In this document: one piece after another, positions 14,373 to 23,747 of the stretch
Numbering within the stretch: position 1 is the stretch's first letter
Layout: every line of letters begins with the position of its first letter
Assembly (NCBI RefSeq): GCF_021532615.1
Contig: NZ_JAKGAQ010000001.1
Coordinates: 1,334,897-1,358,896 of the forward strand
Source of the DNA: Octadecabacter dasysiphoniae
GTDB taxonomy: Bacteria > Pseudomonadota > Alphaproteobacteria > Rhodobacterales > Rhodobacteraceae
DNA length: 24,000 nt
Direction: 5' to 3'
Made by a program: the position numbers and the translations under genes
Notes under the pieces: model-generated
Databases searched by the model: none
Told to the model about the DNA's origin: nothing
What the model saw: the letters and a program-made list of their open reading frames with translations, nothing else

Positions 14373-16589
14373 TCATGCCGTTTCTTTTATGCGCGGCGCG
14401 TCGGCCGCTTGGATGGGAAGAGTGACCACAGCCATAGCGCCAATACGCCCGCTGTCATCAAAGGCGGGCGCGTCCGTCAGCGTCAGCGTCCCCCCATGTT
14501 CATCAATAATTTTCTTCACGATTGGCAGGCCAAGGCCGGTGCCTTTTTCGCGGGTGGTCACGTAGGGTTCGAACAGTTTTGCGCGGTCTTCCGGCAGCCC
14601 GATCCCGTTGTCTGCAATGGTGATTTGTGCGTCCCCGTCGCGCAGGTCCATTTCGATATGGACTTTCGGTTGAATGTTCAGGCCTGGTTCTTTTTCCTGC
14701 AGGCTTTCAATGGCTTCGCCTGCGTTCTTAATCAGGTTCGTCAGGGCCTGCGTCATCATTGTATCGTCAAGATCTGCAAGAATGGTGGTATCCGGCATCG
14801 TCAAATCAAACGCGACGTCGGGCTGGCCCGCCTTTTGCAATGTGACCGCATCCCGCAGAATGGCCGTTAGATCATTGGTGCGTCGATCCGGTTCCGGCAT
14901 GCGTGCGAATTTGGAAAATTCATCAACAATGCGCCGTAAGTCATTGGTTTGGCGCACAATTACGTCCGTCAGTTGTTCAAGGTCTGATGGAACATCGACC
15001 TCACGCGAAAACTTGCGTTTGATCCGTTCCGCCGAAAGCTGGATGGGCGTCAGCGGGTTTTTGATTTCATGCGCGATACGACGCGCGACGTCGCCCCAGG
15101 CTGCCATACGCTGCGCAGACACCAGATCGGTCACGTCTTCGAAGGCAACGACATACCCCTCAAGGGTTTCATCGTCGCGCAGGCGGTGTGACATGCGCAC
15201 AAGCAGGCTCTCTTGTTGTCCACCACGTACAAGGTTCACTTGTCCCTGCACCACAGATTTGCCGCCCTGTGTGATGTCTTCAAACAGTGTCGCGAATTCG
15301 GGTACGGCCACGGACAACGCCGTGTCTTTGCCACCGTCCACCTCAAGCAGACGGTTGGCAGAGCGGTTCACAAATGTCACCCGCCCTTCATCATCCAGCC
15401 CCACGACGCCGGAGGGAACAGACGACAACACGGAATCAAACAAACGACGCCGCCGTTCAATCTGGCGAGTATTATCGAGAAGTTCTTCGCGTTGGTCGCG
15501 CAACTGCGCGGTCATTTGGTTGAAGTAGCGGCCGAGTTGGGCGATTTCATCTTCGCCTTCTTCTTCACGGACGCGCACGTTCAAATCGCCAGCACCGACC
15601 CGCTGGGAAGCACCGACAAGCCGCCCCACCGGGCGCGACAGACGTTCCGCAAACCACAAACCCACCCAGACAGATGCCAGGATCAGGATGATCGCAAAGC
15701 CAAGGTAAAACAGGCCGAAATCAAACAGGATGCGACCTCGGTCATTTTCAAGTTGGCCATAAAGTTCAACGGTGGCCTGCGTTTCGTCCAGCAGCGCAAG
15801 GATACTGCCATCCACTGCGCGCGTGACATACAGATATTTGTCGCTGAACGCCTCAAGCGGGATAAGCGCGCGAAATTCGTTGTTGGTCCAGTCTTCGATA
15901 ATCACGATGCCGGACATACGTGCTTGCGTCAGTTGTTCGGTGCTGGGCTGTTCGAAATAAAACTCGTAGGACCGCTCCCCTCGCGCCCAAATTTCGCCCG
16001 CGCCGTCCAGCACGAACACTTCGGTTAGGCTGCGTTCGATTTGGGGCTGTATCGCGGCCAGTGCCTGACGCACCTCGCCGCGTTCCATGAAAAATGTCTG
16101 CAATCGTTCCGTGTTGAGGAACCCCGCAAGGGCGCGTCCGTCGCGCGATACTTCTTGGCGGTGTTCCTCTTCATAGGCCTGTGCGGCGGACAAGGAATTG
16201 CCCAGAACATCGCGGACACGGTCCGAAAACCAGCCCTCAAGACCGATGTTGATCGTGATGACCGCAAAGATAGCGACTGCAACTGTCGGAATAAGCGCCA
16301 AGAGGCCGAAAACCCCGGTTAGTCGCAGGTGCAATCGCGATCCAGCCGATTTTGCACGCCGCGCGGCAATCATGCTGACAACCCGCGACGACACGAGAAC
16401 GGCAATCATCAAAATATAAGTGATATCGGCCAGCAGGATGAGGCGTAGCACCGCCGTGCGATCTGTCTGATCAAGCGGGCGTAGGGCTGTGATCGTCAAA
16501 ATAACGAGGACCGGAGCAAGCAGAACAAGGATCACGGTCGACGCGTTTTGCACGCGGCGGCTGCGTCGCCAGCGCGAAAACGCCAGCAT
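14373..16589 (-). CDS. ntrY: Sensor histidine kinase NtrY
   Basis: It has N-terminal TM segments, HAMP, PAS, HisKA (HEIKNPLTPIQLSAERIKRK) and an ATPase domain. The ORF-track start at 16700 is a TTG. The first in-frame ATG is at 16589 (MLAFSRWRRSRR..., just before the first TM segment). The start is uncertain. Confidence 0.85.
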   Translation of the reverse strand: MLAFSRWRRSRRVQNASTVILVLLAPVLVILTITALRPLDQTDRTAVLRLILLADITYILMIAVLVSSRVVSMIAARRAKSAGSRLHLRLTGVFGLLALIPTVAVAIFAVITINIGLEGWFSDRVRDVLGNSLSAAQAYEEEHRQEVSRDGRALAGFLNTERLQTFFMERGEVRQALAAIQPQIERSLTEVFVLDGAGEIWARGERSYEFYFEQPSTEQLTQARMSGIVIIEDWTNNEFRALIPLEAFSDKYLYVTRAVDGSILALLDETQATVELYGQLENDRGRILFDFGLFYLGFAIILILASVWVGLWFAERLSRPVGRLVGASQRVGAGDLNVRVREEEGEDEIAQLGRYFNQMTAQLRDQREELLDNTRQIERRRRLFDSVLSSVPSGVVGLDDEGRVTFVNRSANRLLEVDGGKDTALSVAVPEFATLFEDITQGGKSVVQGQVNLVRGGQQESLLVRMSHRLRDDETLEGYVVAFEDVTDLVSAQRMAAWGDVARRIAHEIKNPLTPIQLSAERIKRKFSREVDVPSDLEQLTDVIVRQTNDLRRIVDEFSKFARMPEPDRRTNDLTAILRDAVTLQKAGQPDVAFDLTMPDTTILADLDDTMMTQALTNLIKNAGEAIESLQEKEPGLNIQPKVHIEMDLRDGDAQITIADNGIGLPEDRAKLFEPYVTTREKGTGLGLPIVKKIIDEHGGTLTLTDAPAFDDSGRIGAMAVVTLPIQAADAPRIKETA

Positions 16590-16740
16590 ATTCGTACCCA
16601 AAAGGGATCGCTGCACGCGAAATGCCCCACTTACCAAGGGCTTATATGTTGTCGTTAAACCACATAGTGCCCACCGCCTGTTGATGTGATCCTGCCCCAA
16701 TCGACGACTGCGCTCAGAGGGTCACGGTTATGTTGCCCTT

Positions 16741-18099
16741 TTACATCATTTTGCGGCGGCGTGTCACGTGGATATCAAGATCTGTGATCTTTTTTCTCAA
16801 GGTATTGCGGTTGATGCCAAGAAGCTCGGCACATTTAGCTTGATTACCGGATGTCGCATCAAGGGCAATTTCGATCAAAGGGGCCTCAACCTCGCGCAGG
16901 ATACGCTGATACAGACCCGGCGGCGGCAACATCCCACCATGCAAATCAAAGTAGCGTTTCAGGTGCTGGGCGACCGATCCGGACAGTTTGTCAGAATTGC
17001 CGGTCTGCAAAGGTTCAACAGCGGGTTGCGATCCCAAGACCTGTTCGACTTCGGGGCGATGGATTTCTTCGTTGGTTGATGTGACGACCAGGCGGCGCAC
17101 GACGTTTTCCAACTGGCGCACGTTGCCGGGCCACGTATAGGCGCGCACGATGTCCACGGCACTGCTGCCCAAACGGCGCGGCGCGGCCCCGTCCCGTTCT
17201 GCGCGGGCCAAAAAGTGTTCAGCCAACAGCGGAATATCATCAACGCGATCACGCAGCGGCGGCACCGTAATGGTCACCCCCGCGAGGCGATAATAGAGAT
17301 CTTCGCGCACGGATCCGTCTTCAAGCGCGTCCAACAAATCAGACCGCGACGTCGCCATAACCCGCGGTGCCGTTTCGCCCAAAGCGTCGAGCATCCGAAC
17401 GATCCGGCCTTGGGTTTCCATCGGAAGATCACCCACTTCATCAAACACCAGCGATCCGCCTTTCGCGCGGGCCAGCAATGTCGACGGCCCTTCCATTCCA
17501 TCAAGATCGGAGGCGGCGGCAACAACGAAAGGCAAGGACCGTCGATCTGAAAAGTCATGGATAGCACGCGCAATCAGGCTTTTGCCTGTGCCGCTTTCAC
17601 CCGTCACCAAGACCGACATGGGCGTGTTCATCACCCGTGCAACCAGACGGTACAGCGCCTGCATCGCAGGGGTTCGCCCAACGAGCGGTAGGTCATCGGT
17701 TTCCGTTGCCCCGTCGCGGGGGGCTGGTGCGCGACGTTTTACATCCAACGCCCGCGCGGCGCGCTTCATGAGATCAGGCAAGTCGAACGGTTTGGGCAGA
17801 TAATCATAGGCGTCAGCCTCGGCCGCTTGGATCGCCGTCATGATGGTGTTTTGTGCGGAAATTACGATCACCGGCAAACCGGGCCGCGCCTCTGCGATTT
17901 TCGGCAGCTGCTCAAGCCCGTTTCCGTCCGGCATAACCACGTCGGAAATCACCAGATCGCCCTTCCCCTCTTCGACCCAGCGCATCAGCGTGACCAAAGA
18001 TGATGTCGCGTGCACCTTACAGCCGGCGCGGGTCAGCGCCTGCGTCAGCACCGTGCGAATTGTGCGATCGTCATCAGCGACAAGAACAGTTCCATCCAT
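16741..18099 (-). CDS. ntrC: Nitrogen regulation response regulator NtrC
   Basis: 452 aa. The receiver begins [22 protein letters not shown], Walker A is GESGTGKS, and the C-terminal HTH is [20 protein letters not shown]. Its start directly abuts the ntrB stop (18099/18100). Confidence 0.93.
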   Translation of the reverse strand: MDGTVLVADDDRTIRTVLTQALTRAGCKVHATSSLVTLMRWVEEGKGDLVISDVVMPDGNGLEQLPKIAEARPGLPVIVISAQNTIMTAIQAAEADAYDYLPKPFDLPDLMKRAARALDVKRRAPAPRDGATETDDLPLVGRTPAMQALYRLVARVMNTPMSVLVTGESGTGKSLIARAIHDFSDRRSLPFVVAAASDLDGMEGPSTLLARAKGGSLVFDEVGDLPMETQGRIVRMLDALGETAPRVMATSRSDLLDALEDGSVREDLYYRLAGVTITVPPLRDRVDDIPLLAEHFLARAERDGAAPRRLGSSAVDIVRAYTWPGNVRQLENVVRRLVVTSTNEEIHRPEVEQVLGSQPAVEPLQTGNSDKLSGSVAQHLKRYFDLHGGMLPPPGLYQRILREVEAPLIEIALDATSGNQAKCAELLGINRNTLRKKITDLDIHVTRRRKMM

Positions 18100-19167
18100 T
18101 TAGTTTTCTCCGTTTTTGTCTTTTGGGACCGTGGGCAGGGACACGCGAAATACGGTGCGTCCGGGGATGGATTCCACAGAAATCCAGCCATCCACGTCCG
18201 CAATCAGTTTACTAACGAGCGCAAGGCCCAACCCGGTGCCGTTTTCCCGCCCTGAGATAAACGGCTCAAACACATCTGCTGCGATTTCCGGCGGAAGGCC
18301 GGGGCCGTCGTCGATAATTTCGATTTGCAGGGGTAAACGCGCCGCGGATCCATCCGCGCGTTGCATGCGCAAGGACGGCTCATAGAAAGTGTGCAGTCGG
18401 ATCGACCCGCCTGCCCCACCTGCCTCGGACGCATTTTTCAGCAAGTTCAGAAACACCTGCAACAACTGGTCTGCGTCCGCGAACGTGGGCGGCAATGACG
18501 GATCATAATCTTCGATAAACATCATATGAGCGCCAAACCCGACGGACGCCGATTGGCGCGCGCGATCCAGAACGTCGTGAATGTTCACAGGTTTGCGGTT
18601 GGGCGGTTGCAGATTGCCGAACTGTTCGACCTGATCCAAAAGCGCGACGATGCGGCGGCTTTCGTCCACGATCATATCGGTCAGCTCTCGATCCCCGTTC
18701 GACAGCGTCATCGACAGCAATTGCGCAGCCCCCGTGATTCCCGCCAGCGGGTTTTTGATTTCATGGGCCAGCATTTCAGCCATGCCGATCGCGGATTTGG
18801 CAGCGCGAATGGATTGCGACGATTTGGTCAGCCGCGACGCCATTTCGCGCGGCTCAAAAATCATCAGCATTTTGTCATCATCATCATCGCGCAGCGGTGC
18901 GAACTGGATGTTGCATTGCATTGGCGGCCGTTCCCCGCTGCCCACATCAACGTCGTTCACAAACAAGGATGTGCGATTGGCGGCGGCGCGTTTGTAGGCG
19001 TCCTCCATCGGGGCATCGATCATGACCTTTTCCCAAACCGTCGCATTCTTGAGCGCTTTGGCCGATAGGTTCAAAAAGGCCTCAGCGGCGGAATTGCTTT
19101 CGGAAATTGTGTCATCCGCGTTCAGCAACAACGCTGGGACAGGCAAGGAATTCCAAAGTGCATTCAT
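18100..19167 (-). CDS. ntrB: Nitrogen regulation sensor histidine kinase NtrB
   Basis: It has a PAS N-domain (MNALWNSLPVPALLLNADD), an H-box LAHEIKNPLAGI and an ATPase domain. The ORF-track start at 19284 is a TTG inside dusB. The ATG at 19167 overlaps the dusB stop as ATGA (19164-19167). Confidence 0.9.
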   Translation of the reverse strand: MNALWNSLPVPALLLNADDTISESNSAAEAFLNLSAKALKNATVWEKVMIDAPMEDAYKRAAANRTSLFVNDVDVGSGERPPMQCNIQFAPLRDDDDDKMLMIFEPREMASRLTKSSQSIRAAKSAIGMAEMLAHEIKNPLAGITGAAQLLSMTLSNGDRELTDMIVDESRRIVALLDQVEQFGNLQPPNRKPVNIHDVLDRARQSASVGFGAHMMFIEDYDPSLPPTFADADQLLQVFLNLLKNASEAGGAGGSIRLHTFYEPSLRMQRADGSAARLPLQIEIIDDGPGLPPEIAADVFEPFISGRENGTGLGLALVSKLIADVDGWISVESIPGRTVFRVSLPTVPKDKNGEN

Positions 19168-20141
19168 GCAGCGCACCGCTGTGCCAAGGCATCCGGCAGC
19201 AGTTTGAACACCTGTTCGGGGTCGCGTTGCGTCAGCACTGCGCGGCGCAGCGTAGGTTCGGGGGCGGCCTGATCCATGTACCAACCAAGATGTTTGCGCG
19301 CGGTTTTACTGCCGAGTTCAGCGCCGTAAAACGACAGCATCGCATCGTAATGTGTGGACACCATATCGATGAACGCGCGTCCTGCTGGCGCTGGCGCGGC
19401 CGTCTTTCCCGTCAAACCCGCAGCGACGTCGCGCAAAATCCATGGTCGTCCTTGCGCCCCGCGCCCGATCATCACACCGTTCGCGCCGGATGCGCGCAGT
19501 GCCGTTTGCGCGCTCTGCGTGTCAATAATATCCCCATTTGCGATCACGGGAATACGCACTGCGTCTTTCACCGCAGCAATGGCTGCCCAATCTGCGTGTC
19601 CTTTGTAAAACTGGCAGCGTGTCCGCCCGTGGATCACAATACGTTTGATGCCTGCGGCCTCAGCGCGCTGTGCCAGCTCGGGCGCATTCAACAGCGCGTC
19701 GTCCCATCCAAGGCGAGTCTTGAGCGTTACGGGAATATCAACCGCGCCAACCACAGCCTCGATCAACGTAAGGGCATGATCCAGATCGCGCATCAATGCG
19801 GACCCGGAATAGCCCTGTGTCACCTTTTTTGCCGGACACCCCATATTGATGTCGATCATCGCGGCGCCGTTTGCTTCGACCACGCGGGCGGCCTCGGCCA
19901 TCCAATGCGCCTCGCGTCCCGCCAGTTGCACCGCAGTCTGACCCTGATCAAACCCAAGCTCTGCTTTCTCGCGCACGCCGGGCTTGGCCTGCACCATTTC
20001 CTGACTGGCGACCATTTCTGACACCACCCAGCCCGCACCAAAGGACGCCACCAGTTGGCGAAACGGTAGATCCGTGATCCCAGCGAGCGGCGCAAGCGCG
20101 ACAGGGCTGTTGGGATCAGGCAATGGAATCTCGTGGCTCAT
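19164..20141 (-). CDS. dusB: tRNA dihydrouridine synthase DusB (NifR3)
   Basis: 325 aa. The motif LAPLAGITDLPFRQL and the TIM-barrel Dus motifs are present. It holds the conserved position upstream of ntrBC. Confidence 0.92.
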   Translation of the reverse strand: MSHEIPLPDPNSPVALAPLAGITDLPFRQLVASFGAGWVVSEMVASQEMVQAKPGVREKAELGFDQGQTAVQLAGREAHWMAEAARVVEANGAAMIDINMGCPAKKVTQGYSGSALMRDLDHALTLIEAVVGAVDIPVTLKTRLGWDDALLNAPELAQRAEAAGIKRIVIHGRTRCQFYKGHADWAAIAAVKDAVRIPVIANGDIIDTQSAQTALRASGANGVMIGRGAQGRPWILRDVAAGLTGKTAAPAPAGRAFIDMVSTHYDAMLSFYGAELGSKTARKHLGWYMDQAAPEPTLRRAVLTQRDPEQVFKLLPDALAQRCAA

Positions 20142-20312
20142 AGGCAGAAACTAGTGGCTCTGTCGGGCCGCCACAATGAAAGCGCGGTGAATTAACGGGC
20201 AGAAAACATGACATGCTTAATTTTTGGGCGCTCGGTCGCTTTGCCTTTCCCCATGGGGCGGCACTGGATACAATATGGCCAAACAGGCCTCTGAAACTGG
20301 AACCAAACCACA

Positions 20313-21443
20313 ATGACAACTGCAGCCATCATTGTCGCCGCTGGCCGTGGCACCCGCGCAGGTGGCGATGCGCCCAAACAATGGCAACTGATTGCGGGTC
20401 AAACTGTTGTGGAACACACCCTTGATCTGTTTGAGGCGCATGACCGCATCGATGAAATTATCCTTGTTGTGGCGCAGGCGGATATCCAGCGAGCCCACGA
20501 TCTTGGCCTTCAGGATCGCGCTGCGGTGGTGATTGGTGGGGCCGAACGATCAGCCTCAGTGATGAACGGCTTGGCGCAGACCACGGCTGAACGTGTTTTG
20601 ATCCATGACGCGGCGCGGTGTTGTTGCCCCGCAAACGTACTTGATCGCGTTATGGACGCGCTTGAGGATCATCCCGCTGCAGCCCCCGCCCTTGCCGTGA
20701 CTGATGCGCTTTGGACTGGTAAAGATGGTGCGGTGACGGGCGTGCAGGACCGCACAGGCCTCTACCGCGCACAAACACCGCAAGGGTTTCACACGGCCCC
20801 CTTGCGTGACGCGCATGTCATCCACGGCGCAGGTGCGGCGGATGATGTGGCCGTTGCACGCGCTGCCGGATTGTCCGTGGCAATCGTTCAGGGCGATACA
20901 CGGAACCTGAAAATCACCACGCCTGACGATTTTGCACGGGCCGCAGCCCTTTTGGAGACATCAATGGATATTAGAACCGGCAACGGGTTTGACGTGCACC
21001 GCTTTGGCGAGGGCGATCATGTGATCCTGTGCGGCGTCAAAATCCCGCACAATCGCGGCCTTCAGGGGCATTCGGATGCGGACGTGGGGATGCACACGGT
21101 GACAGATGCGATCTACGGTGCATTGTGTCGTGGTGATATCGGCCAGCATTTTCCGCCCAGTGATCCGCAATGGAAGGGCGCGGACAGCGTTATTTTCCTT
21201 GAACATGCATGCGGGCTGGCCCGCGACATGGGGTTTGACATCACCCATATGGATTGTACCCTCATCTGCGAATTCCCCAAAATTGGACCCGTGGCGCAGG
21301 CGATGCGGGACAGAATGGCGAACATCATGGGCCTTGACGTGGATCGCATCAGCGTCAAGGCAACGACCTCTGAACGGCTTGGTTTTACGGGGCGCGGCGA
21401 AGGGATTGCAGCGATGGCAACTGTAACTTTGGTGAAGTCATGA
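20313..21443 (+). CDS. ispDF: Bifunctional 2-C-methyl-D-erythritol 4-phosphate cytidylyltransferase / 2-C-methyl-D-erythritol 2,4-cyclodiphosphate synthase IspDF
   Basis: 376 aa. The IspD N-half carries [12 protein letters not shown]. The IspF C-half carries GNGFDVHRF...GHSDADV...H. Confidence 0.93.
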   Translation: MTTAAIIVAAGRGTRAGGDAPKQWQLIAGQTVVEHTLDLFEAHDRIDEIILVVAQADIQRAHDLGLQDRAAVVIGGAERSASVMNGLAQTTAERVLIHDAARCCCPANVLDRVMDALEDHPAAAPALAVTDALWTGKDGAVTGVQDRTGLYRAQTPQGFHTAPLRDAHVIHGAGAADDVAVARAAGLSVAIVQGDTRNLKITTPDDFARAAALLETSMDIRTGNGFDVHRFGEGDHVILCGVKIPHNRGLQGHSDADVGMHTVTDAIYGALCRGDIGQHFPPSDPQWKGADSVIFLEHACGLARDMGFDITHMDCTLICEFPKIGPVAQAMRDRMANIMGLDVDRISVKATTSERLGFTGRGEGIAAMATVTLVKS

Positions 21444-21934
21444 AGGATCAGTGGGCCAAAATCACCGCAACGGTCTTTTATGTGGGCTACATGAAACCCG
21501 CGCCGGGCACGTGGGGGTCATTGGCCGCCCTGCCCCTTGCTTGGCTGATCTATATGATCGGCGGCATGTGGTTGTTCCTGCTTGCGATCCCCGCGGCTTA
21601 TATAAAGGGCTATTACGCGACCAAATGGATGACTGAAGGCGGCGACGATCATGATCCGTCCGAGATCGTCATAGACGAGGTCGTCGGCCAATGGATTGCA
21701 CTGGCGCCCGTCATTATCGGCGCGGCACACGCTGGCGTCAGTATAGTCGCGCTTTGGCCCGGCTGGATCGCCGCGTTTGTGCTGTTTCGTCTGTTTGACA
21801 TCACCAAACCCGGTCCTGTTGGTTGGGCTGATCGCAAAGACAACGCGACCGGCGTCATGCTTGACGATGTGATCGCGGGTGTGATGGCTGCCATTTGCGT
21901 CATCGGCCTTGCGGCGGTCTGGCACGGGATCTGA
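21440..21934 (+). CDS. pgpA: Phosphatidylglycerophosphatase A
   Basis: 164 aa. The motifs [12 protein letters not shown] and [13 protein letters not shown] are present. The start overlaps the ispDF stop as ATGA. Confidence 0.88.
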   Translation: MKDQWAKITATVFYVGYMKPAPGTWGSLAALPLAWLIYMIGGMWLFLLAIPAAYIKGYYATKWMTEGGDDHDPSEIVIDEVVGQWIALAPVIIGAAHAGVSIVALWPGWIAAFVLFRLFDITKPGPVGWADRKDNATGVMLDDVIAGVMAAICVIGLAAVWHGI

Positions 21935-21936
21935 TC

Positions 21937-22422
21937 GTGGGAAACGCCGCAGATATCGTGAAAGCCGCCATTGCTAAGGGGGTGATCGTCTCAACCGCCG
22001 AAAGCTGCACAGGCGGGCTCGTGGGGGCGGCGTTCACGGACGTTGCGGGAAGTTCGGCCATGTTCGAATATGGGTTCATCACTTATTCCAATGCGGCCAA
22101 GGTCAACCTGCTGGCCGTGTCGCAAGCCACATTGGACGCTCACGGCGCGGTAAGCGAAGAAACTGCACGTGAAATGGCACTCGGTGCGCGCGCAGCCTCG
22201 GGTGCCGATATCGCCGTGTCGATTACCGGCATCGCGGGGCCCGGCGGATCAGACCATAAACCCGAAGGACGGGTGTGTTTTGGACTGGCCGATGCATTTG
22301 GTGCGCGCGCCGAGACATCGGAATTTGGGGCCCTTGGGCGCGACACGGTACGTCGGCACAGCGTTGACCACGCGCTGTCACTGGTGATGAGCGCAATCGT
22401 TTCATATTCGCACAAAACTTAG
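21937..22422 (+). CDS. CinA family protein (PncC-like nicotinamide-nucleotide amidohydrolase domain)
   Basis: The motifs STAESCTGG and SITGIAGPGG are present. The ORF-track start at 21895 is a TTG inside pgpA. The GTG at 21937, 3 nt after the pgpA stop, gives the usual ~20 residues before AESCTGG. The start is uncertain. Confidence 0.82.
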   Translation: MGNAADIVKAAIAKGVIVSTAESCTGGLVGAAFTDVAGSSAMFEYGFITYSNAAKVNLLAVSQATLDAHGAVSEETAREMALGARAASGADIAVSITGIAGPGGSDHKPEGRVCFGLADAFGARAETSEFGALGRDTVRRHSVDHALSLVMSAIVSYSHKT

Positions 22423-22518
22423 TCGCAATGCCGCTGGATAGCCTAAAAATCGGGCATTTTAGAAAACGCCTAAGCATTACGCGCAATTTTGCATAACCGC
22501 CCCTTTTAGCAGCACATC

Positions 22519-22559
22519 AATTCCTGTCTGACCGCCGCAACAAAATGTCAGAAGGAATT
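22519..22559 (+). promoter_or_regulatory. Leader stem-loop overlapping the amt Shine-Dalgarno
   Basis: AATTCCT(G)TCTGAC-N14-GTCAGAAGGAATT gives 13 bp (7+6) with one bulged G. The right arm contains the SD GAAGGA (22551-22556), 8 nt before the ATG at 22565. The left arm TTCCT acts as an anti-SD. Confidence 0.45.
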
Positions 22560-22564
22560 TCCCC

Positions 22565-23746
22565 ATGAATGGAGCGGACACCGCTTGGATTATCGTCGCA
22601 ACAGCGCTTGTGCTGTTTATGACATTGCCCGGATTGGCGCTGTTTTACGGCGGTCTTGTGCGCGCACGCAACGTGCTGTCGGTTTTCATGCAGTGTTTCG
22701 GCATAGCTTGCCTGATGTCGATCTTGTGGCTCGCATTTGGCTATTCCATCGCGTTTGGCGACGGGAATGCCTATTGGGGCGGCCTTGATAAGATGTTCCT
22801 CAATGGCGTCACCGAGGACACAATGTCGGGCAACATCCCCGAGGTTCTGTTCTTTGCGTTCCAGATGACCTTTGCGATCATCACACCGGCCCTGATCGTG
22901 GGTGCCTATGTTGAACGCATCGGGTTTGCCTTTGTTATGACGTTCTCGGGTCTTTGGATGCTGATTTGTTACGCCCCTGTGGCGCACTGGGTCTGGGGCG
23001 GGGGGCTATTGGCGGGGGCTGAATGGTCTTTGTTTGCGGACGGCGTGAATGACTTTGCGGGTGGTATTGTCGTGCACCAGACGGCAGGTATTGCTGCGCT
23101 GATTGTTGCCTTCTTCCTTGGCCCGCGCCGCGATAAGGGCAAGCCACCCCATAACCCTGGAATGGTTATGATCGGCGCTGCGATGCTTTGGGTTGGTTGG
23201 TTCGGCTTTAACGGCGGGTCAGAACTGGCGGCCAATGGATCGGCTGCCATGGCGATCACAGTGACGCATCTGTCTGCGGCAACAGCGTCGCTCACGTGGA
23301 TTTTGTGGGAACGCATCCGCTACGGCAAATCATCCCTTGTTGGTCTGGTGACAGGTACAATCGCAGGTCTTGCGTCTATCACACCAGCGTCCGGGTCTGT
23401 GGGCCCGATTGAGGCGCTGATCATCGGCGGTGTTGCAGGTATCATGTGCCAAGAGCTTTGCGGGTTCATCAAAAACAAGCTCAACATCGATGACACGCTG
23501 GATGTTTTCGCTGTGCACGGCGTCGGCGGTATGTTCGGCATCGTGATGCTGGCCGTCTTTGGCCATGCAAGCTGGACAGCACAATTGGGCGGTCTGGTCG
23601 TTGTTGGGATTTGGACCATCGTCATCACAACCGCAATCGTACTGGTTGTGAAGGCAATCTTCCCGATCCGCGTTGGCGAAGAAGACGAATACACCGGCCT
23701 TGATCTGACGTCCCACGGCGAACGCGCCTACGATATGTCCAGCTGA
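22565..23746 (+). CDS. amt: Ammonium transporter (Amt family)
   Basis: 393 aa. The N-terminus is MNGADTAWIIVATALVLFMTLPGLALFYGGLVR, with FAGG.VVH and VHGVGG motifs and a C-terminal EDEYTGLDLTSHGERAY. No glnK lies adjacent. Confidence 0.93.
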   Translation: MNGADTAWIIVATALVLFMTLPGLALFYGGLVRARNVLSVFMQCFGIACLMSILWLAFGYSIAFGDGNAYWGGLDKMFLNGVTEDTMSGNIPEVLFFAFQMTFAIITPALIVGAYVERIGFAFVMTFSGLWMLICYAPVAHWVWGGGLLAGAEWSLFADGVNDFAGGIVVHQTAGIAALIVAFFLGPRRDKGKPPHNPGMVMIGAAMLWVGWFGFNGGSELAANGSAAMAITVTHLSAATASLTWILWERIRYGKSSLVGLVTGTIAGLASITPASGSVGPIEALIIGGVAGIMCQELCGFIKNKLNIDDTLDVFAVHGVGGMFGIVMLAVFGHASWTAQLGGLVVVGIWTIVITTAIVLVVKAIFPIRVGEEDEYTGLDLTSHGERAYDMSS

Positions 23747-23747
23747 T

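Noticed and set aside
14409-16322. Series of long plus-strand ORFs (153, 284, 271, 93 aa) antisense to ntrY
   Set aside because: The minus strand encodes a complete NtrY rich in motifs. The antisense translations are Arg/Ser/Cys-rich with no domains. They are GC-rich shadow ORFs, not overlapping genes.
19107-20021. 304-aa plus-strand ORF antisense to dusB, and similar ORFs antisense to the DAHP synthase (1741-2337, 2464-3012), trkA, ntrX, hflX and amt
   Set aside because: In each case the opposite strand carries an unmistakable conserved protein. The antisense products have skewed Arg/His/Cys composition and no SD or known motifs.
20249-20258. Perfect 10-bp palindrome CCCCATGGGG in the dusB/ispDF divergent region
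   Set aside because: It is short and GC-rich, has no spacer and contains an NcoI-type site. It is plausibly chance in a genome of this composition, and there is nothing to link it to a regulator.
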